Part shown: positions 1 to 10,508 of the stretch, piece after piece | Position numbering within the stretch: position 1 is the first letter of the stretch | How the letters are laid out: every line of letters begins with the position of its first letter | Assembly (NCBI GenBank): GCA_002104945.1 | Contig: MCFH01000068.1 | Span: 192,899-256,898 of the forward strand | Reading direction: 5' to 3' | DNA from: Piromyces finnis finn | Taxonomy: Eukaryota; Fungi; Neocallimastigomycota | Length of the DNA stretch: 64,000 nucleotides | Made by a program: the position numbers and the translations under genes | Notes under the pieces: model-generated | Database searches by the model: none | Told to the model about the DNA's origin: nothing | What the model saw: only the letters and a program-made list of their open reading frames with translations

Positions 1-413
1 AAATTTAGAAATTTGTCCTAGTCGTAGAGTACTAAGACTATGAATCAAACTATCATAGGTTTGATTTATACTGTTTCCAACAAAATTAATTATTAATTGT
101 TCTACATACTTAATGTTTCATTATTTTTCTTAGATTTTATTACTTAAATTATTTAATCAAATCAAATTTAAGATTTAGAATTATATATTTTTTGATTGGA
201 TTGTGTAAATATTGAAAAAATATAAATAGATGTAAAATTAAAAAATATATAAAATTTTTCTTTTGTGTTTTTATTAACAAACAAAATTAATAAAAAGAAA
301 AAAATAAAATCAACAAAATATATTTTTTCTAAATAAATTATTTTCTTGGGTGTAAACCTGTTAAATCAACAAAGCTTCTTAATTAATAAAAAATTAAATT
401 AAGAAGCGTTACA
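1..413 (+). repeat. Right part of an LTR (family Z-like), starting before the window
   Basis: Ends ...GCGTTACA at 413, followed by Asn-rich gag-like sequence of element A. Carries the family Z hairpin GTCCTAG-N10-CTAAGAC (15-38), with GTTTGA 21 nt downstream. Confidence 0.5.
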
Positions 414-489
414 TAAAGTAAATAATAATGTTAATAATAATAGTAATAATAATGGTAATAATGTTAATTATAGTAAAAACTATAATAGT

Positions 490-3025
490 ATGAATAATGG
501 TGCTAGTACACAATATTCTAATATATCAAATCCTAATAATAATACAAGATCAACTACTAGCATTAATAATCAAAATGATGAAATGAATGATTTGATTAAC
601 GGAATGCAGAACTTATACATAAAGACCTATTATTTCTGCCATGAACCAGGTCATATTGCCAGATTTTGCCCACACATGAACTCTACATATTATACAAAAA
701 ACTAGGTTATGGAAGAGGGCAAACTTCCGTTAATCAAACTGCCAACACTAATAATAACTATTACTATAATAATAATAATATAATGAATCCCGATGTTACA
801 GCAACTACTTATTCACCTAATTATGAAGCTATTGTTGCTCCAGCTAAAAGACATCGAGATGAAAAATTAATAGCTAAAAATCCATATTCCAGAATTCCTA
901 ATACAGAAAGAGAAAAGAATAATTTTAAAAATATTAATACTAATATTAACACTAATAATAACATTAATAATATGAATAAAACTAATTTAAATAATAATAT
1001 AAATAATAACAATTTTAATAGTATGAATAGTAATACTACAAATGAAAATAATTTTAACAATAATATTAGTAATAATTTTGATGATATCAATAATAATAAT
1101 TTTAATACATTATTACTAGAATAATACTAATAATTCTAGTAATAATTTTAACAATAATAATTTAAATAATAATGATAATAATAATATTAATGATAATTCA
1201 ATTGATAAGAATAATAAAACCAAGAAAGTAAATTTTAAATTAGAAAATGAAGATAAATCAAAGAAAAATAAGACTACCAGTTTAAATACCGATATAGATA
1301 TGAAAGAAGCTAATAAGGTAAAGAAAACGTGTCTAAATGAAGAATCCACTTTGGAAAATATATTACCTAGTGATAATTCTAATAGTATAAAAACAAAAAC
1401 TTCAATCCAAATGCTAAAAGATTCAGAGGAATATAATATATGTACCGATTTATTAAATACTCTAGCTAATATTACTTTTGGACAACTTTTAGGTGTTAGT
1501 AAAACGTCCAAAGCTGAATTAATTAAAGGATTAAAGAATTTAAAGTTGGATAATATTATTATTAGTACCACTGAAGTTGATGAAAATAATAATAATTTGT
1601 ATAAATTAAATAATAATTTCATTAATATCGATGGAAGAACTAAAGTAAATGATCATGATGTTGCAGTTGTTCATGGTACAATCAATTCCTATTCAGCAGC
1701 TATATTTATTGATGCATGTAGTAATACAAATTTAATTACGCTCTCCTTTTAGATAATAAAATTAAAGATTTTGAAATTGTAGGACAAATTAGAGGAAGAA
1801 TAAGACAAGCAATGGTTGATGATGTTGCTAGAGTATATGATCTAGTGAAACTTCATGTAAAAATAGGCAAAATTGAATTTGATTCTATATTCAGAATATC
1901 AGATAAAAACGATTCATTTTATGATGCTATTATTGAATTTAAAACACAAAATGAAAATCGCATTATGATTGATACCGTTGATAAAACATTAGTTTTGAAA
2001 TATTCTGATAATAAATTTATTCCTATTGTTGATGTTGAAGATATTTCTATATTTCAATCCCAAGCTCTTTCTTGCTATTCCAATGATGTAGAAGATATTT
2101 ATTTTGATTACGAAGATATAACCGCTAGTACTATTTTAGCTGTAGTTGAAGAAAATAGACCTAACAAAATAGAAAATAATAATAATAATAAAATGGATAT
2201 TATGAATAATATAATTTCTAATATCAAAGTTGATAACGATGTTGATAAAAATTTATTTAGTTCTCTTCTTTCTCTTCTTAAAAATTTTAATGATGTTATT
2301 GCTGTATCTTCTGATGATTTGGAACCATCAAATTTGTTACCACACCACATTACTTTGGAGGATAATGTGCGCCCTATTAAACAAAAAGCTTATAATATTT
2401 CACAAGTTCAATTATCAGGTTTAAAGAAGAATTAGAAAAACTAATTAATAAAGGTTTAATTGAACCGTCTCATTCTCCGTGGGCTTCTCCAGTGGTTATG
2501 GTTAAGAAGAAAAATGGAAAATGGCGCCTTTGCATTGATTTTAGAAAATTAAATAATGTAACTGTTAAAGATGCATACACCCTACCTAAAATCAAAGAAA
2601 TTTTTGATTCACTTAAAGACTCAAAAATCTTTTCGACAATTGATTTATTTAGTGGATATCATCAAATTCCTATGTTCAAAGAAGATATGGATAAAACTTC
2701 TTTTACCACGAAATTTGGTAACTATTATTTTAAAGTTATGCCTTTTGGTTTAACTAATGCTCCTGCCACTTTTCAGCGCGAAATGAATCGTATCTTTTTC
2801 GATTTAATTAATGAATGTGTTCAAATATATTCAGATGATATTATCATTTATTCTTCTAGTTTTGAAGATCATATTAATGATTTAAGAAAAGTTTTTACTA
2901 TTTTACGTAATAACAAATTAAAGTTAAATATTGAGAAATGTTCTTTTTGTCAACTTGAAATAGAGGTTTTAGGTCATCGGGTTACTATTGATGGTTTACT
3001 TCCTTTGGAAAAAAAAGTCGCATCT
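490..3025 (+). pseudogene. Element A gag-protease-RT (fragmented)
   Basis: ORFs 490-705, 1300-1752, 1812-2435 and 2492-3031 carry zinc knuckle, protease and RT motifs, separated by stops or frameshifts. Confidence 0.85.
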
Positions 3026-4029
3026 TGTTAAGTTTTTGGATTTGGTTATGCGGCCAGGTCAGAATGTTATCAATTATATAGTAAATATGTTTTTTAAGAA
3101 ATTAAATTTAAATATAAAATAACCCTTTAAACTTCCAAATGAAAAATTAATATTTATTCTTTAGAATAACTTTTTTATAAAATTTTATTTATTTATTAAT
3201 AATAATATAAATGATAATATATTTAATAACTATATAATTAAGTTTATAACTATAATCTTTACAAAGAATTAAAATCAAATTCAATTCATTCTATTTTATA
3301 TTCTTTGTTCAGATTATTAAATTGATAAAAATAAAGTATTACATGTAATATATTAATAATATAATTAGATAAATAATAAGATTGTTTGTTTGTTTGTTTG
3401 TTTTGTCATGACATAAAATAAAATAAACATATGATTAATCATTTAAACACTTGATCCATTAACCTATTTTATAATAATTAAAATTATTTAATTTATAAAT
3501 GTTAACTGTTACACCTAAATGGTTTAGTTCTATTTTTAGTAACAGTCACTATCATTAATTAAATTAATATAATTAAAATTTCCATTGATATCTTTTTAAT
3601 TTTCGTCAAGTCATAAGAAATGTCTATGATCCATACTTGATATCATATTAATTTTAATTTACTTATTAAAATCTTCAAATGATCATATCTTTCTTAAATG
3701 ACCAGTTAGAAGAACCGCGATTGTACCAAAATGTAGCCTTTTCCTTAAGCTTTCTAATAAACCTGGTTTCACAGCCGTATCACTTACAACCGTAGCGATC
3801 GTTTTTGGCGAGTTACGCCTTGTTTCGTGTTTGTTTATTTTTGGCTAAGGGTTATAGTGTATTGATATTAAAATTTTGAAATCATAACCCTTTCACTGAA
3901 TCAGAATTTAAAAGGTGACTTTTAAAGGTGTTTTAAAATAATCATTGAAATTATTTAATTATAATTATTATGTTTAATTAATTATAGATATTATCTGAAT
4001 TTGTTTTAAATCCAGTTAATATCTTCACA
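3026..4029 (+). repeat. Solo LTR family X, copy 1 (1004 bp)
   Basis: TGTTAAG...CTTCACA termini; 5-bp TSD CATCT (3021-3025 and 4030-4034); homologous to 31326-38688 (-) and 39963-40967 (+). Confidence 0.93.
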
Positions 4030-4070
4030 CATCTATTAAAGAAATGAACCCACCACGAGATATCTCTGAA

Positions 4071-4352
4071 TGTAAAATATTCTAAACTAAGTTCAGGTTT
4101 GTATACACTCAATATTCTAAACTACACTTTAAATTATTTTTAATTTTTTATATTTTATTTATTAAACTATTTTAAAATAACTAAACTAAAACAACCGTTG
4201 ATTACTTTACCGTGAAGGATATTTTACCAGAGCCCTCACTAGGTAATCAATTTATATTTATTTAAAACTAAAATTATTAATCTAAACTATAAACTAATTA
4301 TAAACTAATGTTAATTTATCTAAATAAAATTAACCTATACAATTTTCCAACT
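4071..4352 (-). repeat. Inverted R-U5 copy replacing the 5' LTR of B1
   Basis: Reverse complement of 9828-10094 (TGTAAAATATTCTAAACTAAGTTCAGG... vs ...CCTGAACTTAGTTTAGAATATTTTACA). Ends exactly at ATTTTCCAACT (4342-4352). Confidence 0.9.
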
Positions 4353-4776
4353 TATTAGAATAGAAAGTTCACCTTTGTATACGAATAGTAATAGAAAAAA
4401 AAATTAATAATTAATTATAGTGAGAATTTAATAATAGAATTAAATTCGGGGATTATATAAAAAATATTAATATTAAAAAAAAAAAAAAAAAAAAAAAAGG
4501 AAAATTTTTTTTTTTTAGAAATTAATTTTAGTTAATTTCGGGGTATTTTAAAATTATTTGGTATAGAATAATTTGTTGTTAAAATAGTTTAATAGTTAAT
4601 AATTAATAAATAGTAATAATATAAAAATACTAGTTTAGTTAATAATATATAATACATTATTTGGTTTTAGTTATTAATAAGAAAGTTTAAAATAAGTATA
4701 GAAAATAAAGTTGAGTAAATTAAATAATTGGGATATTAAATATTGGTTGACTATTTGTTGTTTATTAAGTAGTAAT

Positions 4777-5429
4777 ATGAATACTAGATATAGAATGTTA
4801 GACAACCGTGACGATGGAATAGCTGGAGTCATTGACGCAGGCTCTGAGGCGAGTTCCATGATGGATATTGAGGATGAGACTGGTAAAAGCGTTAACACCA
4901 GGGGAAAACTCATCCCAAAACCTCCAAGATTTTCGGAAAAAGAAGTGAACTTCTTTACTTCCTGGCAAGATTGGAGAAATACTTTAAATATAACTTGGAA
5001 GAAGATGCTACCGACGCCTACAAGCTGGATATCTTGGGATGCTACCTGGAAGGAACCGCCGCCGAATGGTTTGCCGACTTAGAAAGAGAAGAAAGCCCCC
5101 TGTTGAACTCTTACGAAGATTTTATTGAGGCAATGAAGGCTCGCTACAAGACTTGCAACAGCGCCGATGTAGCTAACAGTCGGTTGGTGAAGATAAAAGC
5201 AGGACAATTAAGGAACGTAATGGACTACTGTGAAGCTTTTGAGAAGATGGCCAGGGATTCGTCATTTAATGATGAAGCTAAGATCTACTTCTTTATGGAA
5301 GGACTACCAACATCCGTCAAGGACAAAGCAAGGCTACTATATCCAAAAATTAGAAAACTTACCGAATTGATCAATGTGGTTGCCGCTAATGTCGAAGTTG
5401 AATGGAAAACTTATGGAAAAGAAAGTTAG
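4777..5429 (+). pseudogene. gag: B1 gag (frameshifted)
   Basis: Colinear with B2 gag (PKPPRF, LGCYLEGTAAEWF), with one frameshift near 4950 and a deletion plus frameshift near 5420. Confidence 0.85.
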
Positions 5430-8400
5430 AAGATATAATAGACACTTAGGAACTAACAGATATGCTTCTTATGGAACCAAGTATAATAACTATGTGGATC
5501 AAGAAGACTACCAAAATTCGACCAAACCAAGAAAATGCTTTTTCTGCAAAAGAACAGGACACTTGAAGAAAGATTGTCCTCAACTTAAGGACAAAATAAT
5601 AAATCGACCAAAAGCATTTATGGCTACTACCGCTGGAAGAAGGATGTTGAATGTTTATGACATCGTGCTACAAGTCAATAATGGTGCTTATCTTAAGGCT
5701 CTTGTGGATTCTGGTTCGGACTTGGACTTTTTGGATTGGAAGGCCGTTGATAAGTACAAGATTCCATTCCAAAGAATGTTTAAGGATAAATATGTTGAAG
5801 GTATAGGTGGTAATGGATTTTTGAAGTATGAAACAATTCCTTTGATAATGAATATCAAGAATCATAAGGAATCCATTCAATTCTACCTTACCGATCTTCC
5901 TTCTGGTATTTCTATTATTTTGGGCAAGAATTGGTTAAGAAAACATGATCCTACAATTAGCTTCAAGGATCAAACTCTAGAATTTAAGTCCAAATTCTGT
6001 TCTTTAAATTGCTGTGCTACTCCAGAAGAAATGGAAAAAAGAAGCAAAGAAGAAGAATTGTCCAAGGAAGAAGAAAGAAGAAAAGAGAAGGAACTAGTAC
6101 AGGAAATACTCAATAATTATAAAAATAGTTTAAAAATTAGAGATAGTGAAATTAAGAACAAAGAAAATATAAAAATTATAGATAAAAATAAGAATTCATG
6201 TATTAAAAAGAAATGTAGTAAAAACTTAAAATTAAATAAAAAGAATGTTCAAAAGTATATTGTATGTAGTGTTATTTCAAATGAAGAAAATAAAGGTGAA
6301 GATGTTGAAGAAAGTGTTGTAGAAATTCCTGATGTATATAAGGAATTTGAAAATGTATTTGATGAAGTTGAGTGTAATGAACTACCTCCACATCGAATAT
6401 ACGATTGTAAAATAAGATTGAAAGATAAAGATAACTTATTTTATGGTCCGTTATACCCTTTGACAGAAGAAGAAAGGAATACGTTAAAGGAGTATATTTC
6501 TGAAAATTTAGAAAAAGGATTTATTAGACCGTCTACTTCACCTGCTGGAGCACCTGTGTTGTTCGTTAGGAAAAAGGATGGGACTTTAAGATTGTGTGTT
6601 GACTACCGAAGACTCAATGAAAACACAATTAGGGATTCATATCCACTACCTCTCATATCTGAATTATTCGATAGATTAAGAGAAGCCAAAGTTTTTACTA
6701 AACTTGATCTCAAGTCTGCTTATAATCTAGTTCGAATAAATGAAGGTGATGAATATAAGACTGCATTTAGGACAAGATTTGGTCACTTTGAATATCTTGT
6801 CATGCCGTTTGGATTAAAAAACGCTCCTGCAACTTTCCAACATTTTATCAATGATGTTCTCGGGGAATACTTGGATGAATTCGCCTTTTCTTATATTGAT
6901 GATATTCTTATCTATTCGAAAAACTTGGAAGAACACCGAAAGCATGTAAAGAAAGTTCTTCAAAGATTAAAAGAAAATGGTCTTTATGCGAAACTTAGCA
7001 AATGTGAATTTGAAACTTCAGAAACTACTTTCTTAGGGCATGTTATCTCAGATAAGGGAATCTCTATGGATCCAAAGAAGGTTAAAGCTATTATGGAATG
7101 GCCTGTGCCAACATCTGTTAAAGAAGTTCAGTCGTTTATTGGATTATGTAATTATTATAGAAGATTTATTCCAAACTTTGCTAGTATTGCTAAACCGTTA
7201 CATAATCTAACTAAGAAAGATGTCAATTTTCATTGGCCAGAAGAATGTAATGAAGCTTTTTGTATATTAAAGAAATTCTTTACCGAAGAACCAATTTTAA
7301 TTCATGCTGATCCTGAATTACCTTTTGTGGTTGAGACAGATGCAAGTAATTTCGCAATCGGTGCCGTATTATCTCAAAGATTACCGGATAATAACGAGCT
7401 TCATCCAATTTGTTATTATTCAAGAGGATTGACTAAATCGGAAAAGAACTACCCAATTTATGATAAAGAACTTTTGGCTGTTATTGAAGCTTTGAAACAA
7501 TGGAGACATTACTTAGAAGGAGCTAAGCATCAATTTATGATCTACACAGATCATAAAAATCTTACTTTTCCAAGGAAGCCCGAATTATTATCGCAAAGAC
7601 AAATTCGATGGAATTTGTTCTTAACACGTTATGACTTCAAAATACAATATAGACCGGGTAAAGAAGGTGGAAAACCTGATGCTTTCTCAAGACGCCCTGA
7701 TTATGAAAAGGAAAAAATTAATAAAGAAGATGAAGAAGCCTATTCTTGCTTGACAGTTAAAGAAATCGAAGATACTTTATGTCTTGTGTCTATTCAAGGG
7801 AATCTCAAAGAAGATTTAATTAAAGAAATTAAAGAAGATGAAGAAATTAAGGAGTTAATAAATATTCTACAAGGAAAATCTACCGCAAGTAAGAAGTATA
7901 AGAAGTTAATGAAGAATTTTAAGTTAAGCGAAGAAGGAATTCTTTTGTATAAAAGTTTAATTTATGTACCAAAGAAAATGAGAGATATAATAATCTCAAT
8001 GCATCATGACAATCCAATTCATGGTCATTTTGGTATTATTAAAACAAAAGAATTAATTACAAGAAACTTTGTTTGGATAAACATGACTCAAGATATAGTT
8101 AAGTTTATTGCTTCTTGTAAAGTTTGTGGAGCTGCTAAGGTTGATCGTCATAGACCTTATGGACTTTTACAGCCGCTACCAACTCCGGAAAGACCGTGGT
8201 CTTCTGTTTCTATAGATTTTATAACTGATTTGCCAAAGTCAAAGGAAAAAACAGTTATAATGGTTGTTGTGGATAGATTAACGAAGATGGCTCATTTTAT
8301 TCCGTTTAGAATGGTTCCGACTGCTCAAATCGCCGCTGATGTATTCTTTAGAGAAGTTTTTCGTTTACATGGTCTACCTGATGAAATAATATCGGATCGA

Positions 8401-9258
8401 GGAACCCAATTTACTTCTGAATTTTGGCAAAGATTATGCACTTTGTTGAACATTAAGCACAATATTTCGAGTGCTCACCATCCTCAAACAGACGGGCAGA
8501 CTGAACGTGTAAATAGTATATTAGAACAATTTCTTAGATGTTACATTAACAAAAGAAAAGATAACTGGATGAATCTTCTGCCTTATGCCGAATTTGCGTA
8601 TAATAATACACTTCAGCAATCTATAAATCAAACTCCATTCTTTGCAAATTATGGGCAAAATCCAAGATTTAATACCGATATTCCTGCTGATAGTGACAAC
8701 AGAAGAGCTAACAGGCACGCCTCTCAGATGCAAGATAATATTAAATTTTTAAAGAAGAACTTAGAAAAAGCCAAGGAAAGATATAAGAAGTATGCCGATT
8801 GTATTAGACTTATTCGACCAAAGTTAAAGGTTGGTGACCTAGTTTGGTTAAAGCGTCCTGATTTACTTCCGAAAGGGCCTCCAAAACTAACAAATAAGAA
8901 ACTTGGACCATTTAAGATTATTGAAAAAACAGGACCCGTTTCTTATAAATTGGAACTACCAGAAAGTCTAAGATGTCATCCCGTTTTTCACATTTCGAAC
9001 TTAGAACCTTTTGTTGAAAGAGAAGTTGAAGTGAATGAATCATCTTCTAGAATTCCAAACATTGCTACTGATTCTACTGAAGGAAGAATTCCATTGAAGA
9101 TTGTTAGTGAAAAAGTTGTTAATGGAACTAAGTACTACTTTATGGTTTGGAAAAGTTTATTACCTTCAGAAAGTACATGGATTAGAGAAGATGAAATCGA
9201 AGACCCTCAGTTGATCCAGGAATACCTTAAACATAAGTCGCTCAGGGGCTCGACTTAA
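5374..9258 (+). CDS. pol: B1 zinc knuckle + pol (protease, RT, RNase H, integrase, chromodomain)
   Basis: CFFCKRTGHLKKDC, ALVDSGS, YIDD, VETDAS, HHCC and DDE integrase, GPF, KYYFMVWK..PSESTW chromodomain. Confidence 0.95.
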   Translation: MWLPLMSKLNGKLMEKKVRRYNRHLGTNRYASYGTKYNNYVDQEDYQNSTKPRKCFFCKRTGHLKKDCPQLKDKIINRPKAFMATTAGRRMLNVYDIVLQVNNGAYLKALVDSGSDLDFLDWKAVDKYKIPFQRMFKDKYVEGIGGNGFLKYETIPLIMNIKNHKESIQFYLTDLPSGISIILGKNWLRKHDPTISFKDQTLEFKSKFCSLNCCATPEEMEKRSKEEELSKEEERRKEKELVQEILNNYKNSLKIRDSEIKNKENIKIIDKNKNSCIKKKCSKNLKLNKKNVQKYIVCSVISNEENKGEDVEESVVEIPDVYKEFENVFDEVECNELPPHRIYDCKIRLKDKDNLFYGPLYPLTEEERNTLKEYISENLEKGFIRPSTSPAGAPVLFVRKKDGTLRLCVDYRRLNENTIRDSYPLPLISELFDRLREAKVFTKLDLKSAYNLVRINEGDEYKTAFRTRFGHFEYLVMPFGLKNAPATFQHFINDVLGEYLDEFAFSYIDDILIYSKNLEEHRKHVKKVLQRLKENGLYAKLSKCEFETSETTFLGHVISDKGISMDPKKVKAIMEWPVPTSVKEVQSFIGLCNYYRRFIPNFASIAKPLHNLTKKDVNFHWPEECNEAFCILKKFFTEEPILIHADPELPFVVETDASNFAIGAVLSQRLPDNNELHPICYYSRGLTKSEKNYPIYDKELLAVIEALKQWRHYLEGAKHQFMIYTDHKNLTFPRKPELLSQRQIRWNLFLTRYDFKIQYRPGKEGGKPDAFSRRPDYEKEKINKEDEEAYSCLTVKEIEDTLCLVSIQGNLKEDLIKEIKEDEEIKELINILQGKSTASKKYKKLMKNFKLSEEGILLYKSLIYVPKKMRDIIISMHHDNPIHGHFGIIKTKELITRNFVWINMTQDIVKFIASCKVCGAAKVDRHRPYGLLQPLPTPERPWSSVSIDFITDLPKSKEKTVIMVVVDRLTKMAHFIPFRMVPTAQIAADVFFREVFRLHGLPDEIISDRGTQFTSEFWQRLCTLLNIKHNISSAHHPQTDGQTERVNSILEQFLRCYINKRKDNWMNLLPYAEFAYNNTLQQSINQTPFFANYGQNPRFNTDIPADSDNRRANRHASQMQDNIKFLKKNLEKAKERYKKYADCIRLIRPKLKVGDLVWLKRPDLLPKGPPKLTNKKLGPFKIIEKTGPVSYKLELPESLRCHPVFHISNLEPFVEREVEVNESSSRIPNIATDSTEGRIPLKIVSEKVVNGTKYYFMVWKSLLPSESTWIREDEIEDPQLIQEYLKHKSLRGST

Positions 9259-9269
9259 GAAGAGGGGCA

Positions 9270-10094
9270 TGTAAAATATTGTATTAATAGAATAATGTAT
9301 TTAATACGTATTTAAAATAATGTATAATGTATTAAATTAATGTACCGTAAAATTTCATAAAATTTATATCACAATACATTAACATAAATTTATGTAAATT
9401 TTATTTTTTAATTACAAAAATTTATATCACAATACATTAACATAAATTTATGTAAAATTTAATTTTATGATAAGATAAAGTTTTTGATGATAAAATAAAA
9501 TTTTAAATTAAATAAATTTTAACCAATAAATATTTTAGATAAAAAAAAAATTTTTTATAAACTAAACCTCAAAATTAGAAATAAATAAATTGAATATATG
9601 TTTGAAATATAATCAACCATATAGTAAATAAATCAAAACTTTATTTTAAGCTTAGAAAATTCTTTAGTAAATAGATTGAATTTAAATAGTTTAATACAAA
9701 TAATTTCTTTTAATAAATGTATAAATGTAAACAATGTAAAATTATAATATTAAAATATATATATTAGAATTTATTCAATTTATTTAAAAAGTATAAATAA
9801 AGAAAATTTTTCAACTATTGAAACGATAGTTGGAAAATCGTATAGGTTAATTTTGTTTAGATAAATTAACATTAGTTTATAATTAGTTTAGTTGTTTTTT
9901 TTTTAATAATAAATATTGATTACCTAGTGAGGGCTCTGGTAAAATATCCTTCACGGTAAAGTAATCAACGGATGTTTTAGTTTAGTTATTTTAAAATAAT
10001 TTAATAAATAAAATATAAAAAATTAAAATAATTTAAAGTGTAGTTTAGAATATTGAGTGTATACAAACCTGAACTTAGTTTAGAATATTTTACA
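9270..10094 (+). repeat. B1 3' LTR (825 bp)
   Basis: Follows the PPT; TGTAAAATATT...AATATTTTACA; homologous to the B2 LTRs. Has a ~59-bp tandem duplication at ~9360-9460 that B2 lacks. Confidence 0.93.
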
Positions 10095-10103
10095 CTGAAC
10101 TAC

Positions 10104-10508
10104 TGTAACGAATCATAGAAATTAGTAACCAGTCTTAGTGGTTAGTAACTAAGACCTTGGTTTGGATTACTCGAGTTCGAATCATCATTAATCCTTTTTT
10201 ATTAAATATTAAAATATTTTTACAACAAAATTTTATCAAAAAAGAAAATTTCTGATTGGACTAAAAAATTAAGTTGTAAAATTTTTGTAAATTTAATTTT
10301 AAAAATTTTTATATAAATACGAGTGAAATTTCCTTAAACATTTTTTAATTCGAGTTTTTATTAACAAAAATTTTTATAATAAAAATAAAATTATTAAACA
10401 CTAACCTGTTATAATTTTGTTAAGTGTTCAATAATAAAAATTTTATTTATTTTTATTTTTTCCTTTTATATATTTGTGTTTTTATTTATTGAACATTAGT
10501 TCTTTACA
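10104..10508 (+). repeat. Solo LTR family Z (405 bp) with tRNA-like module
   Basis: TGTAAC...TTTACA; TSD ACTAC (10099-10103 and 10509-10513); AGTGGTTAG and GTTCGAATC boxes at 10137-10183. Confidence 0.9.

Larger units (their letters stand above)
4071..10094 (+). mobile_element. Ty3/gypsy chromovirus B1 with inverted left terminus
   Basis: TSD CTGAA (4066-4070 and 10095-10099); gag-pol with chromodomain; PPT AAGAAGAGGGG; 3' LTR 9270-10094. The left end is the reverse complement of the LTR's R-U5. Confidence 0.92.

Noticed and set aside
5374-5429. Programmed gag-pol frameshift in B1
   Set aside because: Sister element B2 has one continuous ORF; B1 has lost the DPMNIDGERG segment, so this is a deletion.
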